DNA of 64,000 bases from Candidatus Colwellbacteria bacterium (GTDB lineage Bacteria; Patescibacteriota; Minisyncoccia; UBA6257; Colwellbacteraceae). Every line of letters starts with the position of its first letter. Within the stretch, counting starts at the first letter, position 1. The notes under the pieces were generated by a model. That model was given only the letters and a program-made list of their open reading frames with translations, was not told the origin of the DNA and made no database searches. Position numbers and translations under genes: made by a program. Location of the stretch: NCBI GenBank assembly GCA_027448785.1, contig DAIDMW010000002.1, forward strand, positions 7,252 through 71,251, written 5' to 3'. This document shows positions 46,254 to 55,184 of the stretch, piece after piece.

Positions 46254-46602
46254 TAACTAACATTTTTAAACGGCGGCTAGCCAGCGTGTTCTTCGGCAAC
46301 ATACCGCGGACCGCTCTCTTTAAAATCCAGGCCGGATTCTTCGCAAAAACCTCGCGGTAGCTCTTGGTCTTCAAATGGCCGACGTAGCCGGTGTGGTGGT
46401 GGTAAACCTTCTGCGACTCCTTGCGGCCGGTCACCTTCAAACCGCGGACGTTCTTCACGACCACCTTATTCTCTCCGACCAGGCGTGGATCATAGCCGGC
46501 GGAATCCTTACCCTGCAGCACGCGTGCTATTTCCGTAGCCAAGCGTCCCAGAGTTTTTCCTTTAGCGTCGATGTTATAAGTCATGGTTTTAGACGAATTC
46601 AA
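46237..46602 (-). CDS. rplM: 50S ribosomal protein L13
   Basis: 121 aa, L13-like. Upstream of rpsI, the conserved pair. Confidence 0.9.
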   Translation of the reverse strand: MNSSKTMTYNIDAKGKTLGRLATEIARVLQGKDSAGYDPRLVGENKVVVKNVRGLKVTGRKESQKVYHHHTGYVGHLKTKSYREVFAKNPAWILKRAVRGMLPKNTLASRRLKMLVIEDNE

Positions 46603-46939
46603 TAATCGCCTTCTTGGCTGCGTCTCTTTTCCTGACGACCGCAGTCTTCACGATGCGCAGATATCCCCCTTTGCGATCAGCGTATTTGGGAGCGATTTCG
46701 TGGTAAAGCTTGAAGGCCGACTTTTCCGGCAAGCGGCTTAACAGGGTCTTCATAGCATTTAAGTCCTGCTTCTTCGCAGTCGTGACCAATTTCTCGACCT
46801 TAGGCTTAATCTCCTTGGCGCGAGCCTCGGTCGTCGAAATACGCCCGTTTTGTATCAGGTTTGACATCAAGCCGTTGACGAAGCTGCGCCTCCGGCCGGT
46901 TATTCTGCCGAATTTTCTTCCTTTCTGTAAATGCCTCAT
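46589..46939 (-). CDS. rplQ: 50S ribosomal protein L17
   Basis: 116 aa, MRHLQKGRKFGRITGRRRSF... Confidence 0.92.
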   Translation of the reverse strand: MRHLQKGRKFGRITGRRRSFVNGLMSNLIQNGRISTTEARAKEIKPKVEKLVTTAKKQDLNAMKTLLSRLPEKSAFKLYHEIAPKYADRKGGYLRIVKTAVVRKRDAAKKAIIEFV

Positions 46940-47682
46940 TTTGCTTTTTTCTTGCCGGCCGCCTTCTCCTTTATCGGCTCTTCCTCCTTAATGTCAATCT
47001 CGGAAATCTTCTGGAAGTGATCCAATAAGATGCTCGTCGCCTTGTGCAAGGCATGGGACGGAGTAATGGTCCCGTCGGTTTCGATCAAAACAGTCAGGCG
47101 GTTATAGTCCGTGCGATCACCGACGCGCATGTTTTCCACCGAAAAGTTGACTTTGCGGATCGGTGAAAACAGGGCATCCAAAGCGATGGTGCCAACCGGA
47201 AGCTTCTCCCGCTCGATCGACTCAACCGGCACATATCCGATTCCCTTCTCGACGGTTAGCTCGATGTCCAGCTCGGCGCTCTTGGTGGTCAAAGTCGCCA
47301 GAACCAGCTCCGGGTTCTGTATCTCAACCTCGGCATTACCCTTGATATCGCCGGCAGTCACCTCGCCCTCGCCCTTAGCCTTCAAAGACAGGACCTGCGG
47401 CTCCTCACCGTGGAAGCGGAAGCGCGCTTTCTTCAGGTTCAAGCAAATCTGAACCACATCCTCGGCCACTCCAGGAATAGTAGAAAACTCGTGGCTTACC
47501 CCTTTGATTTTGGCGCGGGTCACAGCCGCTCCGGGGAACGAAGAAAGAAGAACTCGGCGCAGGGCGTTGCCGACGGTTGTTCCATAGCCGCGGTAAAGAC
47601 CTTCAATGGCGAAAGTTCCGCTAAGCTCGTCCTCCTCCAGACGCTTTATTTTTACATTGTCGCTTAAGTAGGTTGTCTCCAT
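46936..47682 (-). CDS. rpoA: DNA-directed RNA polymerase alpha subunit, N-terminal domain only (no alpha-CTD)
   Basis: alpha-NTD motifs GTTVGNALRRVLLSS. The start is placed at METTYLS (the ORF track extends to 47751). The protein ends in a short Lys-rich tail right after the NTD, so the ~80-aa alpha-CTD is absent. Confidence 0.85.
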   Translation of the reverse strand: METTYLSDNVKIKRLEEDELSGTFAIEGLYRGYGTTVGNALRRVLLSSFPGAAVTRAKIKGVSHEFSTIPGVAEDVVQICLNLKKARFRFHGEEPQVLSLKAKGEGEVTAGDIKGNAEVEIQNPELVLATLTTKSAELDIELTVEKGIGYVPVESIEREKLPVGTIALDALFSPIRKVNFSVENMRVGDRTDYNRLTVLIETDGTITPSHALHKATSILLDHFQKISEIDIKEEEPIKEKAAGKKKAK

Positions 47683-47686
47683 AAAA

Positions 47687-48298
47687 TTATTTTGAATAAT
47701 AATCGACGACTGCTCCGACATCAACCGGCAAGTCGACGTCGCGTGGCTCACCGCTGACTTCGGCCTCGAGGTTGTTTACGTTTAATTTTATCCACTCCGG
47801 TGCCTCGTATCCCTTCATTTTCTCCGCCACTACGGAAAAATACTTGTTGGTCGCGGACTCGGGACGAACCTTAACCGCGTCCCCCTGGCGCAAAACCAAA
47901 GACGGGGTACTGACGCGGCGGCCGTTAACCAAGAAGTGTCCGTGCGTAACTAGATGCCTGGAAACGGAACGGCTGGGAGCGAAACCGGCGCGGTAGACGA
48001 CGTTATCCACTCTTCTTTCCAGAAGATTTAACACGCCCGCGGCCCCAGCTTTGCCCTCGCTCGCCGCTTCCTTGAAGACGTTGCGCAACTGATTGTCCCG
48101 CAAACCATAAATAAAGCGAATTTTCTGCTTTTCGCGCATCTGCGATCCGTATTCTTTGAGCTTCTTGAAGCGCTTGCCGTGAGCTCCGGGAGCGTACGGC
48201 TTCCTGGTCAAAGCGCACTTCGGCGAATTGCATCGATCCCCTTTGATCGAGAGCTTGGTGCCTAGACTTCTTTCTTTTTTCTCTAAAACGCGCTGCAT
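47687..48298 (-). CDS. rpsD: 30S ribosomal protein S4
   Basis: 203 aa with the Zn-ribbon CNSPKC. Confidence 0.92.
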   Translation of the reverse strand: MQRVLEKKERSLGTKLSIKGDRCNSPKCALTRKPYAPGAHGKRFKKLKEYGSQMREKQKIRFIYGLRDNQLRNVFKEAASEGKAGAAGVLNLLERRVDNVVYRAGFAPSRSVSRHLVTHGHFLVNGRRVSTPSLVLRQGDAVKVRPESATNKYFSVVAEKMKGYEAPEWIKLNVNNLEAEVSGEPRDVDLPVDVGAVVDYYSK

Positions 48299-48311
48299 GT
48301 TTTTGTAGTAA

Positions 48312-48746
48312 TTAAACTCGCCTGACTTTCGGAGACTTCGGGCCGTTGTGCGGTATCGGAGTCACGTCCTTGATCGAGACGATGTTGAAATTATGGTTTA
48401 AAAGCGACCTAACCGCCGAATCCCTTCCGCCGCCCACGCCGGAGACATAGACCTCGACATTGACCGGGCCGGTTTTTTCGACTTTTTCCGCCAGAGCCGC
48501 GACTATCTTGGAGGCGGCGAACGGCGTAGCCTTCTTCGGGCCGGAGAAACCGAGCGAGCCGGCTGTCGCCCAAGCGACGACGGCGCCGCGGTTGTCGGTG
48601 ATGCTGATGATGGTGTTGTTGTAGGAAGCGCTGATATAAACGCGGCCGTTCTCGACCTTGCGCTTCTGCGACTTCCCCGAAGACTTGGCCGTAGTTTCGG
48701 CTTTAGTTTCGTCGGTTTTTGGCTTAACAATCCTGGTCTTTCCCAT
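48312..48746 (-). CDS. rpsK: 30S ribosomal protein S11
   Basis: 144 aa, S11-like. Confidence 0.92.
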   Translation of the reverse strand: MGKTRIVKPKTDETKAETTAKSSGKSQKRKVENGRVYISASYNNTIISITDNRGAVVAWATAGSLGFSGPKKATPFAASKIVAALAEKVEKTGPVNVEVYVSGVGGGRDSAVRSLLNHNFNIVSIKDVTPIPHNGPKSPKVRRV

Positions 48747-48756
48747 TTCTTTATCC

Positions 48757-49140
48757 TTATTTCAGCTCAACCTTGCGACGGCCGCTACCGGCGGTCTTGC
48801 GGACATTGCCGCGAACCGTGCGGGAGTTAGTTTTCGTCCTCTGGCCGTGAACCGGGAGCTTTTTGATGTGGCGCATTCCACGATACGACTTAATGTCCTT
48901 CAACCTCTCGATGTTCTGCTTAATGGTCTGGCGCAGTACTCCCTCGACCCGAAAATTTTTATCGATCTCGGCCTGAAGCTTCGCCACCTCGGCCTGGTCC
49001 AAATCCTTCGCCAGCTTGTCTGGGTTAACGCCAGCGGCCTGTAAAATATTAGCGGCCGAAAACTGACCGACGCCGTAGATGCTGGTCAGCGAGATTCTTA
49101 TCTTTTTATTGTCCGGAATGTTGACTCCTATGATTCTCAT
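48757..49140 (-). CDS. rpsM: 30S ribosomal protein S13
   Basis: 127 aa, MRIIGVNIPDNKKIRISLTSIYGVG. Confidence 0.92.
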   Translation of the reverse strand: MRIIGVNIPDNKKIRISLTSIYGVGQFSAANILQAAGVNPDKLAKDLDQAEVAKLQAEIDKNFRVEGVLRQTIKQNIERLKDIKSYRGMRHIKKLPVHGQRTKTNSRTVRGNVRKTAGSGRRKVELK

Positions 49141-49143
49141 AAC

Positions 49144-49260
49144 TTATCCCTGCCTTTGCTTGTGCTTCGGATTCTTGCTGCAAATCACGTAAACCCGCCC
49201 CTTCCGGCGGACGACGCGACAATCTTTGCAAACTGTTTTTACCGAAGCTCTTACTTTCAT
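49144..49260 (-). CDS. rpmJ: 50S ribosomal protein L36
   Basis: Hand translation gives [38 protein letters not shown] (38 aa). Absent from the ORF track because of its length. Confidence 0.88.
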   Translation of the reverse strand: MKVRASVKTVCKDCRVVRRKGRVYVICSKNPKHKQRQG

Positions 49261-49265
49261 TTTGA

Positions 49266-49463
49266 CTATAATCTTCGCACTATCCTGCCTCGAGTGTCGC
49301 TCGCCGAGCCGACCTCGACCCGCACCCGTTCTCCCGGAAGGACTTTAATGCGGTTCATCCGCATCCTTCCCGAGACGTAGGCGAGAAGCTCGTGGCCGTC
49401 GTCCAACTTAACTCGAAAAGTGGCGCTGGGCAACGCCTCTATGACTACCCCATCAACTGTCAT
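49266..49463 (-). CDS. infA: Translation initiation factor IF-1
   Basis: [51 protein letters not shown]... The start is placed at the MTVDG Met; the ORF track extends it to 49505. Confidence 0.88.
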   Translation of the reverse strand: MTVDGVVIEALPSATFRVKLDDGHELLAYVSGRMRMNRIKVLPGERVRVEVGSASDTRGRIVRRL

Positions 49464-49491
49464 ATCAAGCCTGCGAATATTATCATAGGGG

Positions 49492-51063
49492 CTAGTTCGT
49501 GTCAATCATTATCTTGCTCTGGTCGGCCGGAACCCTGGAAACCCAGAAGGGCCAGAATTTGATTTGGCTAGATTGCAGTCCTTGTATACCGACGATCGCC
49601 TGCCGCAGCTGGTCCTGGCTCATCCCGGATATTTTCTGCCGGAATGCAGACAGGTCGAAGGCTGGTTCCCACATCGACTGGAAGGTGATCGGAACGGTCA
49701 TCGTATCGTGTTTCCAGTCAACCTGCGGAGTTCCGTAGGTCACCGAATACTTCTTGACCTGCAAGTTGACCTTGGAAGTGTCGGCCAGCTGGCTGGCCAT
49801 GGCGGTCACCAAGTCGTTTTCGCTGAAGCCGATCGCCTGATAGGAACCGTAAGCCGTCACCGCAAACTGACCGTTGCCGTTCGGGATATCGGCCACGTTA
49901 TACTTGGTCACCTGGAAGCTGCTGGATCCGGATATCAGTTTCTCGCTCGAGTTTTGTAAAGCTATCTCCGAAGTGATGGCGTTCTGCAAGGCCGAAGCGA
50001 TCGAAGACGTGGCCTGAGCAATATCGCTCTGCGTCGGAACGCTAGCCTGGCCGATGAAGCCGCCGCTCATCGCCTGGGTCGACTTTGCGTAAAATCCCTG
50101 GTAGCGCTGAGTTCCGGCGAATCCGGCGAAGTGGAACACTTGGCCGGCTGGCAGATTATACTGGCTGCCCGGCTGGTCAGCCGTCACCGAAGCGGTGATT
50201 TGCGAAGGGACGAGAGCTCCTCCCGACATCGTTCCGCCCGGAACGGTTATCGTCTTATCCAGCCGGAAGATGATTCCGTCGGCATTGACCAAGCGGGTGG
50301 TTCTAACCAGCGTCTGCGGCCTGGTATTAAAGTTGTTGTAAATCACCACCGTCCCCGTCGCGTAGGTCTGCACGTACTTCGAACCGCTCGCTGGGAAAAC
50401 CTGGGTCATCGTCTTGTCTTCGGAGAAAAGTTTTCCGGGAATGGTGACCTGGTTGCTACCGACGGAAATCTGCGTCTGGCCAGTTGAGACCACCAGCTCG
50501 CCGGTGAAATTCCAGGGAGTCTGCTGGAAATTAAGCGTTACGGCGGCGCTCGGCAAGATCTCAGCGCAGTAATAAACCGCGGCCCCCAGAAGTGCCAGGA
50601 ATATTACCCACTTTGCGATTTTCTTTCCGCGGGTCCCTTGTTTTCTTCGACGCGGCTCCGGGCCCACTTCTTCCGGCTCTTCTCCGCCTTTTTCCCCGCC
50701 GTCTCTCCCGCCATCCGCCGGCCCGTAGTTTTCCACCAGCACCGGAGCCTTGGCAAGTTTTCGCGGCAAGATATCGACGACCTGCCTGGCCGGCTGCGAG
50801 TAAAAAGAGTTGCCGGCGCGGATGCCGACCAGCGAAGCCATCGCCAGAATCTCCTCATCCACCGATTCGATGCTGATTTCTTTGCCCAGAGACTTCGCTT
50901 GGTTATACAGTTCCAAAAGTTCACTCGCCTCTTTCACCAAAGAAGCGCCGCGAGGAATATAAATAATGACGTTGGTATTTTTAACCTTCGCCAGCTGCTT
51001 TAAGACCGTCTCTAGCGAGTCGCTCTTATTGATATGTATTTTCTTGCTTACGCCATCAGCCAT
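49492..51063 (-). CDS. Hypothetical bitopic membrane protein (523 aa): cytoplasmic N-domain, Gly/Glu/Pro-rich linker, TM, large extracytoplasmic domain
   Basis: A TM helix (IAKWVIFLALLGAAVYYCAEIL) follows a basic linker. No family recognised. Confidence 0.55.
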   Translation of the reverse strand: MADGVSKKIHINKSDSLETVLKQLAKVKNTNVIIYIPRGASLVKEASELLELYNQAKSLGKEISIESVDEEILAMASLVGIRAGNSFYSQPARQVVDILPRKLAKAPVLVENYGPADGGRDGGEKGGEEPEEVGPEPRRRKQGTRGKKIAKWVIFLALLGAAVYYCAEILPSAAVTLNFQQTPWNFTGELVVSTGQTQISVGSNQVTIPGKLFSEDKTMTQVFPASGSKYVQTYATGTVVIYNNFNTRPQTLVRTTRLVNADGIIFRLDKTITVPGGTMSGGALVPSQITASVTADQPGSQYNLPAGQVFHFAGFAGTQRYQGFYAKSTQAMSGGFIGQASVPTQSDIAQATSSIASALQNAITSEIALQNSSEKLISGSSSFQVTKYNVADIPNGNGQFAVTAYGSYQAIGFSENDLVTAMASQLADTSKVNLQVKKYSVTYGTPQVDWKHDTMTVPITFQSMWEPAFDLSAFRQKISGMSQDQLRQAIVGIQGLQSSQIKFWPFWVSRVPADQSKIMIDTN

Positions 51064-51959
51064 TTTATTCTTTGCAATGTTTTTTCGCTGAACTCCTCGC
51101 GGGCGGCGACATTCTCGTCCGCGAACAACAGGCTTATATCCGCCTCCTCTGGTTTTTTGAGCAGCAGCCGACGCCCGTCCGCGGCCACTCTTTTTTCATA
51201 AACCCATTCCGGCAGCTGGAACGAAGCGCGGTAGAATGCCGGCAGGCGCTTATACTCGTTCAATGCTTCCTTGTAATTGTGTAGGTTCGCCGCCAATCCT
51301 CTTTGGAACTCCTCCAAGGATGAAGTGAATGATCTTTCTATCGTCCGGCGTGCTTCTTCGCTCACTTCATTATTAATATAACGCAAATAAATTTCCCTGT
51401 TAACTTCCGCATCCGTTGCCAGCTCTTTTCCCATTTCCTGCAAAACGCTATTCAGCCCCCACGGCCAGCTGCTTAGCCTTTTGGTTCCATTGGGAGACGC
51501 AAAATAAAAATAAGTGGCGCTGTCCCCGCTTTCTAAAAACAACGCCGGCTTTTTCTGCGATAAACCTGTAAGGTACGCTCGAACCGCCCCTGGTTCGAGT
51601 ATGGCCGCGGCTTCTTCCGGCAAATGATCGCGGTCGGCAACCGTCAGGTACGTTTTTATCTTGAATGGTTTTTTTAAATCCAACAGTTCCTCGATCCGGA
51701 AAATCTGTTTTTTATTAGATTCCGCGCCCAGGATTCTTGCATCAGCCAAGACTAAATCAAGCTCGTCTATTCCCAGCTCATTGGCCCAGGCCGCCCTGTT
51801 TTCTTCGAAAAATTTCCAGACCGATTGCGAAACCAGATTAATAATTCCGACTTCATCCATCTCTATCTCTGGTTCGAGCGAGTTCTCCCAAAAAACGGTC
51901 TGCGCGACCTCGGGCCCTAATTCGACAATTTTTTTTTCCTTTCCGTTCTCCTCTTTCAT
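51048..51959 (-). CDS. Hypothetical cytoplasmic protein (303 aa)
   Basis: Long ORF co-oriented with its neighbours and overlapping them, between alaS and the 523-aa gene. No family recognised. Confidence 0.5.
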   Translation of the reverse strand: MKEENGKEKKIVELGPEVAQTVFWENSLEPEIEMDEVGIINLVSQSVWKFFEENRAAWANELGIDELDLVLADARILGAESNKKQIFRIEELLDLKKPFKIKTYLTVADRDHLPEEAAAILEPGAVRAYLTGLSQKKPALFLESGDSATYFYFASPNGTKRLSSWPWGLNSVLQEMGKELATDAEVNREIYLRYINNEVSEEARRTIERSFTSSLEEFQRGLAANLHNYKEALNEYKRLPAFYRASFQLPEWVYEKRVAADGRRLLLKKPEEADISLLFADENVAAREEFSEKTLQRIKWLMA

Positions 51960-51967
51960 CCTTTGTT

Positions 51968-53887
51968 TTACGAAACCCTTGCCCTGATCCTTCTAATTCC
52001 GGCCGCGACCGCTTCTTCTTTAACGACCTCGAACTGGCCGATTTCCCCGGTGCGCCCGACGTGCGGCCCTCCGCAGAACTCGATGGAAAACGCCTCACTG
52101 AATTTCGGATCACCCGGAGCGGCGTTTTTCGGTCCGATGGAATAAACCGAAACGATATCCGGATACTTCTGCCCGAACTCGTGCTCGGCTCCCAACTTTT
52201 CCGCTTCTTCCTTCGACATCTCGCTTCGTACCACCGGCAAGTCTTCGCTGATTTTTTCATTGACAATCTTTTCCACCTCCCTCTTCTGTTCCTCGGTCAT
52301 CTTCCCGCTGTAAGAAAAATCCATTCGTAGTCTTTCCGCGGTGATATTGCTCCCTCGCTGCTTAACCTCCGGACCTAAAACCATCTGTAAGGCTTTCAAG
52401 AGAAGGTGATGGGCGGTATGCAGCCTGGTCGTTTCCGCCGAACGATCGGCCAATCCACCTTTAAAAACTCCGGCCGAAGCGGTGCGGGAAAGCTCGCGGT
52501 GTTTTTTAAACTCTTCCTCAAAGGCCTCGCGGTCCACACTAATTCCGCGATCCTTTGCCATCTCCTCCGTAAGTTCCAATGGAAATCCATAACTTTGATA
52601 AAGGTCGAAGGCGTCCTGGCTAGTAATTTTTCCATCCTTGGCGCGAACCTCGAACTCTTTGATTCCCGAAGCCAAGGTAGTTCGAAACTTTTTTTCCTCT
52701 TTTTCAATTTCACTAAGTATAAATTCTGCCTTTCCCGCTAATCCGGGATACTTTGGTATATATTTTTCAATAAATCGCTGAGCAACTAACGACAAGGTGC
52801 TTTGATTAGAAACAATGCCCTGTTTTGCGCCTAATCCGTCCCCAAACCTGACTGCGCGCCTAATTAAACGCCTGACAAGATATCCGCGTCCAACGTTGGA
52901 TGGCACAACTTCGTCTCCGATCAGAAATACGGCTGCTCTCATATGATCTAATACAACTCTGAACGCCCTTTCATTTCCTTCATAAGTTTTCCTACTACCT
53001 GCTTCTAAATCTTTTTTTGCGCTTTCAAATATATCGATATTAAAAACGTCCGGATCGTCGTTGCTAGCCGCGGCGATTCTTTCCAATCCCCCGCCGAAAT
53101 CAACATTGCGCTGCGTTAGTTTCTCAAACGAGCCGTCCTCTTTCTTTATATATTCCATAAAGACCGAGTTGCCGATCTCAAGGAAGCGTCCGCAGTCGCA
53201 GTTCGGATGACACTCTTTCCCGAATTTCGGGTCATGGGGTGTTTGAAAATCGTAGAAAACCTCAGAGTCCGGACCACCCGGTTCTCCCGCCGGCATCTTG
53301 GCCGGCACTCCCGCGCGACTCCACCAGTTCTTCCGCACGTCGTAAGAGAAAATGCGACCGCCTTGCATTCCCAGCTCGCTTCCTTTCTCGTTCGACTCAA
53401 GCGCAACGTATTTCGCTTCTATTCCCTTGTCGGCGAATAATTTTTTCCAAATGGATATCGACTCCTCGTCCGCCGGGATGCCGGTCATCGAATCCCCGGC
53501 AAAAACGGTAACGTAAAGCCTATGGGGATCCAAACCCGCTCCTCCTTCTTCCTGGCTCTTCGTCAAAAATTCAAAGATCCACGGCAGCTGTTCCTGCTTG
53601 AAGTAGTCGCCAAACGACCAGTTGCCGAGCATCTCGAAAAACGTCGTGTGCCGATTGTCTCCGACCTCCTCGATATCCTCCGCCCGGAAGCACTTCTGCG
53701 AGTCGGTCACCCGCTTGCCATGCGGATGCGGCCGGCCTAAAAGAAACGGCAAAAGAGGTTGCATGCCGCTGCCGGTAAAAAGAGTGGTTGGATCGTTTTC
53801 CGGAACCAAAGACGAGGAAGGAATCTCTTTGTGACCTCTCTCTTTATAGAAAGACAAAAACTTTTCGCGCAATTCCTGCGTTCGCAT
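51968..53887 (-). CDS. alaS: Alanine--tRNA ligase (short form lacking C-Ala domain)
   Basis: 639 aa. AlaS N-terminus MRTQELREKFLSFYKERGH; editing-domain HxxxH (HTAHHLL) and CGGPH motifs. Confidence 0.88.
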   Translation of the reverse strand: MRTQELREKFLSFYKERGHKEIPSSSLVPENDPTTLFTGSGMQPLLPFLLGRPHPHGKRVTDSQKCFRAEDIEEVGDNRHTTFFEMLGNWSFGDYFKQEQLPWIFEFLTKSQEEGGAGLDPHRLYVTVFAGDSMTGIPADEESISIWKKLFADKGIEAKYVALESNEKGSELGMQGGRIFSYDVRKNWWSRAGVPAKMPAGEPGGPDSEVFYDFQTPHDPKFGKECHPNCDCGRFLEIGNSVFMEYIKKEDGSFEKLTQRNVDFGGGLERIAAASNDDPDVFNIDIFESAKKDLEAGSRKTYEGNERAFRVVLDHMRAAVFLIGDEVVPSNVGRGYLVRRLIRRAVRFGDGLGAKQGIVSNQSTLSLVAQRFIEKYIPKYPGLAGKAEFILSEIEKEEKKFRTTLASGIKEFEVRAKDGKITSQDAFDLYQSYGFPLELTEEMAKDRGISVDREAFEEEFKKHRELSRTASAGVFKGGLADRSAETTRLHTAHHLLLKALQMVLGPEVKQRGSNITAERLRMDFSYSGKMTEEQKREVEKIVNEKISEDLPVVRSEMSKEEAEKLGAEHEFGQKYPDIVSVYSIGPKNAAPGDPKFSEAFSIEFCGGPHVGRTGEIGQFEVVKEEAVAAGIRRIRARVS

Positions 53888-53922
53888 GAGTTGATATTAA
53901 CACATGAGATATACTGGGAAAA

Positions 53923-55170
53923 CTACCACTGAAGGATAACTTCTCCGTTTCCGCCAGATCCCGGCGTATAACTCGAAGTATATGCGCCTCCGCCACCACC
54001 ACCGGGTTGAGAGCCGTTCACTCCGTTAGGAGAAGAAGACGTTCCAGCAGCCCCACCCGCACCACCAGCTGGTACGTTGCCGTAGCCAGGAGACGCTGAA
54101 TACGGAGCCGGATTAACATAGTTTTGGTAAGTAAATATTCCAGGTTGAACACCTGTAATCGATGCAGCGCCCGACCCTGCGTTCGCATAATTAATATTTC
54201 CGCCACCATTCTGTCCAGGGAAGGAAATAATAACATATGTTCCGGATGCCGCAGCCGCTGAGCCAGCATATAAACCACCATTGGCTGATACTGTATTTCC
54301 TCCAAAAGAAACCGAAGATGCAGAGCCGCTACTTGCCCCTGCAGTTGCACCAGTTCCGACGACAACCGAGACAGACCCCCCTGGAGTTACTGGAAGCCAG
54401 CCGGCAGTAAAAGCAGATGAAGCTCCCCCATACCCCGCAGCTCCCCAAGCACCAGATCCACCACCACCCCATTCATAGAACCATATTCTAGTTACCCCGC
54501 TCGGCACCGTCCATGTATAAGTTCCAGGAGTGGCAAAAGTCGCTGTTCCAGTAGCTGGGTTAGTGGCCGCCGTCGTCTGTACCGTCCCGTCAGGGAAGGT
54601 AATGCCTCCGGAAGTGACGTCCAAACCGTTGGCCATGTAGACTTCTCCGGAAGAGTCGTTGATTTGCATGGGACGAAGGCTGTTCCATCCTCCGTATTGG
54701 TTGCCTGAGGCGGTAAGGAGGAACCAGGTATTTGTTCCGTCATTCCTCCACATGGCTCCATAGTTGCCAGCGATCATTCGAATCTGGCCGTCTCCAGAAG
54801 CGAGGGTTGATTGTAATTCTCCTGTTGTAACCAAGTTTCCATTGACTGTAACTGTAGCTCCTGAAATTAAACTGGTTGTTCCGATTCCGACTCCTCCTGT
54901 TGGAGAGATAATTAAATTTCCCGAAGGTGAAAGAGAGGTAATGTCTGTGTTGGCTCCGGAGGCGGCTGCTCCGAGGTTTAGGCGGGCCTGCGAAGTTGAT
55001 GATGCGGCAGTCCCCCCGTTTACTATAGTTATTGGTGTTAGCGATTCAGTCGGCGGAGAACTAGCGGGATTAGTCCAGGCTTGTGCGATGTTGTAACTCA
55101 AAATCAGCGACGAACCGAATAAAAGCAAGATAATTGGTATGGCTATGTGATATTTAAAATTTTTAAACAT
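53923..55170 (-). CDS. Secreted protein resembling a phage tail fibre, with a Gly/Ser/Ala-rich C-terminal region
   Basis: Signal peptide. Motifs TDITSLSPSGNLIISPTGGVGIGTTSLISGATVTVNGNL and GGITFPDGTVQTTA are typical of tail-fibre/collar-like proteins. The C-terminus carries GGGG(S/A)G runs. Confidence 0.6.
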   Translation of the reverse strand: MFKNFKYHIAIPIILLLFGSSLILSYNIAQAWTNPASSPPTESLTPITIVNGGTAASSTSQARLNLGAAASGANTDITSLSPSGNLIISPTGGVGIGTTSLISGATVTVNGNLVTTGELQSTLASGDGQIRMIAGNYGAMWRNDGTNTWFLLTASGNQYGGWNSLRPMQINDSSGEVYMANGLDVTSGGITFPDGTVQTTAATNPATGTATFATPGTYTWTVPSGVTRIWFYEWGGGGSGAWGAAGYGGASSAFTAGWLPVTPGGSVSVVVGTGATAGASSGSASSVSFGGNTVSANGGLYAGSAAAASGTYVIISFPGQNGGGNINYANAGSGAASITGVQPGIFTYQNYVNPAPYSASPGYGNVPAGGAGGAAGTSSSPNGVNGSQPGGGGGGAYTSSYTPGSGGNGEVILQW

Positions 55171-55184
55171 AATATTTTTTAATT

